From NCBI RefSeq assembly GCF_011745625.1, contig NW_027191477.1, positions 248,001-312,000 of the forward strand: a stretch of DNA of 64,000 nucleotides. The letters run 5' to 3'. The position numbers and the translations under genes were made by a program. Source of the stretch: Cladosporium halotolerans (Eukaryota). The notes below the pieces were generated by a model. The model did not search any database. It worked only from the letters and a program-made list of their open reading frames with translations, and was not told the DNA's origin. Of the stretch, positions 59,525 through 64,000 are shown piece after piece (the stretch's first letter is position 1; each line of letters begins with the position of its first letter).

Positions 59525-61812
59525 GGCGCGGGTTCATGGAGCGGGCGAGCAGCGATGCTCACACCGCAACTGCGGAAGTATAGCAGGCAGGCAGGCGCTT
59601 GCCCACAGCGTGCAGGAGTAGCAATGCAAGGCAGGCGGACACGTGCTGGAGCACGGCGCACGGAATGGCGGCGTATATTCGCAGGGCGATAACGGCTATG
59701 ATGGCAGGGCGAGGACGGTTGCCGCAGGGAACATGTTCGACGGCGGCCTGCACCGGGTGGGAGAAGGGAAGCTGTAGAGGTGTCGCAGGGTTAGTATGCA
59801 CGACGAGACGGAGAGGACGAGCAAGCTACACCCGGCGCAATGGTCACATCCTACAGGGAAAAGGGCCAATCCGCCGGTGTTGCAGCATATCACCTCCGCC
59901 GCTTTAGGTTTGACCTAGCATGCAACTACAGCCCGCCGGCTCCCAGGGCTCGCCAAGCAGCCGCCGTGGGACGATCAGCAAGCAACGCGGGATTGATGAC
60001 GACGAAGGCGAGTGGCTTGCGGTTTCAGATGCGCTGCACGGGCGGAGGAGCTGTCGCGTGTGCGAGACTGCGACGTCTGCAAAGGGCCATGACGGACATG
60101 GGCCATGGCGGCAGGCTGTGGCATGAGGCGAAATAGCAGGACGACCACGGCTCCGCGGGGCGCCTGACACGAGTGCCGTGGGCGGCTTCAACACGGTGGC
60201 TGCCGCGCCGTATCCCACTCTGGGCGCAACCCACTCCCGAAGATCTCACCAGCACTGGCGCCAGCACGAGCGAGCGCTTATAATTGGGAGGTGGGGACGG
60301 CCGACGAGTGAGTGTCTGCACGGTGCTCGGCCGCCTTTCGCCCCGACTCACGCACCGTATATACCGTGCGGCCTATATGTACCTCATCTGTTGAAAGAGC
60401 TGTGCCGCATCTTGACAGATCTGCATCGCAGCTTCGAAGGTTTGCCGTTGGCGCATCCGGCCGTGCCGAAATGCTATCTCGTGTGAAGCTCTGTGAGGTG
60501 CTAGCAGCAGCGGCCGCAGCAAGAATAGCGTGACTGTGGCGAGAGCTCTCCCTGCACCCAGCTGAGCTGCATTGATCCGTGGCTTAGACTCTCCGGTGGT
60601 CTGCAGCATCTGAGATCCAATCTACACCACTTCCTATAGCGCCTGTGAAGAACGTGCTAACGGAAAATCGCCGTTCCTTGTCATCCACCATCAGAGCCCG
60701 TCTCTGTTCCGTTTCCGGGGACGGGAAGGCGCTTAACCCAATCAAATCTGCCACGATCCTGGATCGAAGATTTCCCAGCGCGAGATGATGCAGTCGCCTG
60801 CCGTTGCCGCCTGGGGAAGCCTTGAGGCTTGCGGCGATCTGCACGCTTCCGCTGTAGAATATTCACGTGATCTACTCCGAATTGTCTCGGAGCTGACTGC
60901 GGTAGAATGCACCTCCAAAAGTGGTGTCCTCATGTCCGCGTTGAAGTCGTCGTATGCTTGAACCTCAGAAGCATTCGGTCTGCGCTTTCGATGATACGTG
61001 AATACATCACTCGCTGAAAGTCCTCATTTCCCGGAGATTTTCGCAAGTGCCAGGGCCACTGCTAGCCCGATCCTACAATCAGCAATTGCGCACTTTCAGG
61101 AGACGCTCATTACACGAGGCCAATCTATCCGATACGCAATAAGTATCTCATCAAGAGTCGGATAGCTTGCCGTAAGCTGATCTTCACTCGCCCGTACATG
61201 ATCAACCGCTAATTTATGCTTGCTTGTAGGCCAGTCAAGACCTGAAAGTACCCTTGCTCCGGGTGATTGATGAGCCTAGGTAGTAAGGCTGGCAGGTGAA
61301 GCCTTCCACACAGCAGCATGCTGAGCAGTAGGTTCACAAAACATGTGAGGAATGCTCAAATCGCACATGATACGGTTGGTGTAGTCTCGCTGCCTCAAAG
61401 CCTCTCATTTTCCCCCTTTCTACTCCTCAAACATCTCTCATTACTGCGATCAATCTGCCAAAATTCCCGGCAGAAGGTTCAGCAACCACTCCGGCTCTAC
61501 GAGCATTACACAACTAGGTAATACCATTCTTCCTCAAAAAAGGCAAAACTGACTACTGCCTGGGTCAACAGCACCGCGCCTGCCTGCTGTCTCACGTGAG
61601 CGAGGCCGCCCATACCGCGCAGCGCATTGTTGACGGCTCGCTGACTGACGTCGGCCTTGGCGAGGGGCCCGGCTTGAACTTCGACGCGCCGCAGCATCCA
61701 CACCCACGCGCTGTCACGAACCTCCATCAACCCACGACAAAAATTCACGCGCCGGCAACCCGCAACTATCCATACTCACGCAACCGACACCGAATCCATC
61801 CGACAGCACGAA

Positions 61813-62535
61813 ATGGCAGGCGGCAAGGGTACGCTTCCACCCTCCCCGGCGCGCGCTCGCGCGCTCTGCCCGCGCAGCCTGGCGCGCAAAACACGAATGC
61901 GACGGCGCGTTGACATTTTTTTCTTCCTTTAGGCAAGACTGGCGGAAAGACCGGTGGCAAGGCCGGCGGCGACTCCACTGGAAAGACGCAAAAGTCGCAC
62001 TCGGCGAAGGCTGGTCTGCAGGTACGTGCCAACACGCGACTGGAGGGAAGATGGAGAAGGCGTGGTCGAGACGACAGGTCGCGCGTCGCAGCAGGCTGTC
62101 GCAGAGGCTTCAGCGCACAGCACCGCTCTCGCACCACGCCACGCGACACGCGTTCTCCCTCCCCGCCAACCCCCACAAGACCCGCGAGCTAAGCTAACAA
62201 TCCCTCCCTGCACACAGTTCCCCTGCGGCCGCGTCAAGCGCTTCCTGAAATCGCAGACGCAGAACAAGATGCGCGTCGGCGCCAAAGCAGCCGTCTACGT
62301 GACGGCCGTGCTCGAGTACCTCACTGCCGAAGTGCTGGAGCTGGCGGGCAACGCGGCCAAGGACCTGAAGGTGAAGCGCATCACGCCGCGCCACCTGCAG
62401 CTCGCGATCCGCGGCGACGAGGAGCTGGACACGCTGATCCACGCGACCATCGCGTTCGGTGGTGTGCTGCCGCACATCAACCGCGCGCTGCTGCTCAAGG
62501 TCGAGCAGAAGAAGAAGAACAAGGTCGACGCGTAG
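61813..62535 (+). CDS. HTZ1: Histone variant H2A.Z; exons 61813-61828, 61933-62021, 62218-62535
   Basis: [101 protein letters not shown]. Confidence 0.97.
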
Positions 62536-63220
62536 AGGCCGGGTTGCCGCGGGACTAGACACGGGCAGGGACGCGTCGTAAGCGCGCCTTGAGCCTCCGC
62601 GCTGTTTTCTCTTCTTCTGCTCGCCGGCTCTGACTCATCCCCGGAGACCGGCTCTTTCTTTCTCTGATCTTTTCGCAAGCAAGAACGTGCGTGGGTGGGG
62701 GGCTTATTGAGTGGAATACCAACGTCCACAAGGACCGGGCGAGCGGCGTACTACGGGAATCACTTGGGAGTGTGACGGCGATTATCTGGACTATTGGGGG
62801 CTTGCTTTTCTCCTTTTCTGACTGCTGAGATTTTTTTGGTTTTGCGAGACAGATGTAGTGTGTGTGTTGCTTTTGGTATACACATTTCGCGCGTTTCGCT
62901 ACCTTCCTTTGACCATGTGATGAAGTGTCTGGTACTTGGCCGCCATCCTCTCAGCTGCCAGAGCTGATCCTGAATGCCGTCTGGCCATGCTGTGCCATTC
63001 AACGTCGCGCCCTCTCGCGCTAAAAGCCTTCCATTGCCAAAGCCCCGAGTCCAAACCAGCTTACCCTCCCAAATGGAAGAGAAAAGCAAGAAGGGAGAAA
63101 AGAGAGAGAAAAAGCCGCCCCCGTTTCTCTCATCGACAACACTTCTCCCAACCCCACCGAAGCCCTCCCCAAGCAACTCGAAACTCAAACTCAGTCCTTT
63201 CCAGAAGACAAAAGACGACA

Positions 63221-64000
63221 TCACTTCGCCCCATCCTCCCAACTCCCCAAACACCTCCACCCCCTACTCACCCGCCCCAACTCCCCCAACGCCTCGTTAA
63301 CCACACCCCCCTGCCCCTCCGCCCTCTTGCGGCCCCTGAACTCCACGAAAAACACATACTCCCAGTTCCCCTCGCCGCTCGGCCGGCTGTTGATGCTCGT
63401 CAGGCTGATCCCGCGCTTCCCGAACACGCCCAGGCAGTCCGCGAGGGCGCCGGGCGACTCGTGCGAGGACACGGTGAAGGTGACGAGGGTCTTGTACGCG
63501 CGGGCCTCGACGGGGGACTCGACGAAGGTGCGGCGGTCGAGCGAGAGGGTGCTGGCCAGCGTGCGGAGGACGAGGAAGCGCGTCGTGTTGGTCTGCGAGT
63601 CTTGGATTGAGGGTGCGAGGATGGCGAGGTTGGATTGCTGCGCGGCGAGCGAGGAGGAGATTGCCGCTACGGTTGGGTCCTGGGGGTTGGCGGCGACGAG
63701 GGCGGCGCCGCGGGAGGTGGAGGAGACGTCTTGCTTCTCGGCGTGCTTGAGGTGGGCGGCGAGGAAGGCCTTGCACTGGCCCCAGGCCTGCGGGTGGGAG
63801 TAGACTTTGGTGATGCGGGAGAAGTCCGGGCCGTGGGGGTTGGAGGGGCGGGCGGCGGCGTGGCCGACGAGGCAGTGGTTGACGCGGACGTAGGCTTCGT
63901 TGACGACGACGAGGTCGGAGTAGCGGCCGGCGAGGTCGGCGAAGAGGTCGAGGGTGAAGACGACGGAGCCGTTGGAGGAGTTTTCGAACGGCACGACGCC
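63221..64000 (-). CDS. PHA2: Prephenate dehydratase (5' end beyond the window)
   Basis: VPFENSSNGSV, YSHPQAWGQC, SSTSRGA, IQD...NTTRF, ACT domain PGALADCL..SINSRP..YVFFVE, LGSW. Confidence 0.93.
   Translation of the reverse strand, partial: GVVPFENSSNGSVVFTLDLFADLAGRYSDLVVVNEAYVRVNHCLVGHAAARPSNPHGPDFSRITKVYSHPQAWGQCKAFLAAHLKHAEKQDVSSTSRGAALVAANPQDPTVAAISSSLAAQQSNLAILAPSIQDSQTNTTRFLVLRTLASTLSLDRRTFVESPVEARAYKTLVTFTVSSHESPGALADCLGVFGKRGISLTSINSRPSGEGNWEYVFFVEFRGRKRAEGQGGVVNEALGELGRVSRGWRCLGSWEDGAK

Overview
Eukaryotic, intron-containing, GC-rich fungal genomic DNA (Pezizomycotina; Dothideomycetes-like by inference from gene content and intron signals GT(A/G)NGT..CT(A/G)AC..YAG). About 25 protein-coding genes, mostly conserved housekeeping genes: NHX1, a SUT1-like transporter, a LaeA-like methyltransferase, mitochondrial TrpRS, GPI7, a Mei2-like RRM protein, SEC15, a DUF2015 protein, eL28, SF3B4/HSH49, TOM7, SerRS, a CNMT/CFA-like methyltransferase, a Sep1/Hcm1-type forkhead factor, a PH+LRR protein, H2A.Z and PHA2 (5'-truncated). 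Exon boundaries were placed by hand from splice signals and frame continuity. The most unusual feature is a compact cluster at 37.5-44.4 kb of four spliced genes that the ORF track breaks into fragments. Each encodes a degenerate Myb/SANT-like helix-turn-helix module. Three are tiny proteins with histone-H1-like Lys-rich/CDK-site tails ending in a psi-K-x-E SUMO consensus, and their promoters share TCACRTG boxes. This is a candidate undescribed, co-regulated chromatin-protein module. No tRNA, rRNA, CRISPR array or intact transposon was recognised. All family assignments are by motif recognition only; no database searches were run.
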